Positions 63,581-64,000 of a stretch of 64,000 nucleotides of DNA are shown one piece after another. Location of the stretch: positions 7,502,001-7,566,000 of the forward strand of contig OZ281495.1 of assembly GCA_965637545.1 (NCBI GenBank), written 5' to 3'. The notes below the pieces were generated by a model. The model was not told the DNA's origin. It ran no database searches and saw only the letters and a program-made list of their open reading frames with translations. The translations under genes were made by a program, and so were the position numbers. Numbering within the stretch: the stretch's first letter is position 1; each line of letters starts with the position of its first letter. Origin of the DNA: Phallusia mammillata (taxonomy: Eukaryota).

Positions 63581-64000
63581 CTTGAAAAAAAATAGAATTA
63601 TTACCCTAATTTTTCATACTAATGTTGTCATAAAATTCATCACACATTTCAAAACACAACAGTTTTAAGATCAATTGTAAGGCAATACTTAAGTTTACAA
63701 CATGTAAGGAAATAAATGATAAAAAACTGCAAAGGTTGCGTTTTCGGCAGGGTTAAGGTTTAGTTAATGCATGAGCAAGCTTAATTGATTATGACGTCAT
63801 AGGTATGTGACGTGACAATAAACAATCGCCGCGTTCCATTTGCTTGGCAATTACAGAACGTTTCTTCTTTTCAATCTTTTGATCAGTTGCATTTTTTTTC
63901 TACTAGAAGCAGAATTTCATTACTTTCAACAGATCACTGAACATCCAAAACGGCGCGACTACTCATTAGGACAAGTGGTTCCCAATCTTTATTGACAAAT

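Overview
AT-rich, intron-compact animal genomic DNA, most likely an ascidian (tunicate); this is inferred from the FoxB protein and the gene architecture. Left to right: (1) two tandem SLC7 light-chain (b0,+AT/LAT-like) amino-acid transporter genes on the minus strand with matching exon sizes; gene A runs off the left edge and gene B is complete. (2) An apparently intact U6 snRNA between them on the plus strand. (3) Just upstream of gene B, on the same strand, 12 regularly spaced pre-miRNA-like hairpins (17996-19330) whose 5p arms fall into three related seed classes of four copies each; this is the most striking feature of the window. (4) A TE-rich gene desert with a complete type-I hammerhead ribozyme and Penelope-type minimal hammerheads. 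(5) A single-exon FoxB CDS (plus). (6) A cytosolic carboxypeptidase AGTPBP1/CCP1 gene (minus, 19 exons in the window, 5' end off the right edge). Many hAT-type MITEs with 8-bp target-site duplications and two Helitron2/Helentron-like non-autonomous elements with internal tandem arrays are also present. All exon calls, hairpins and alignments were made by eye; no folding or database search was run.
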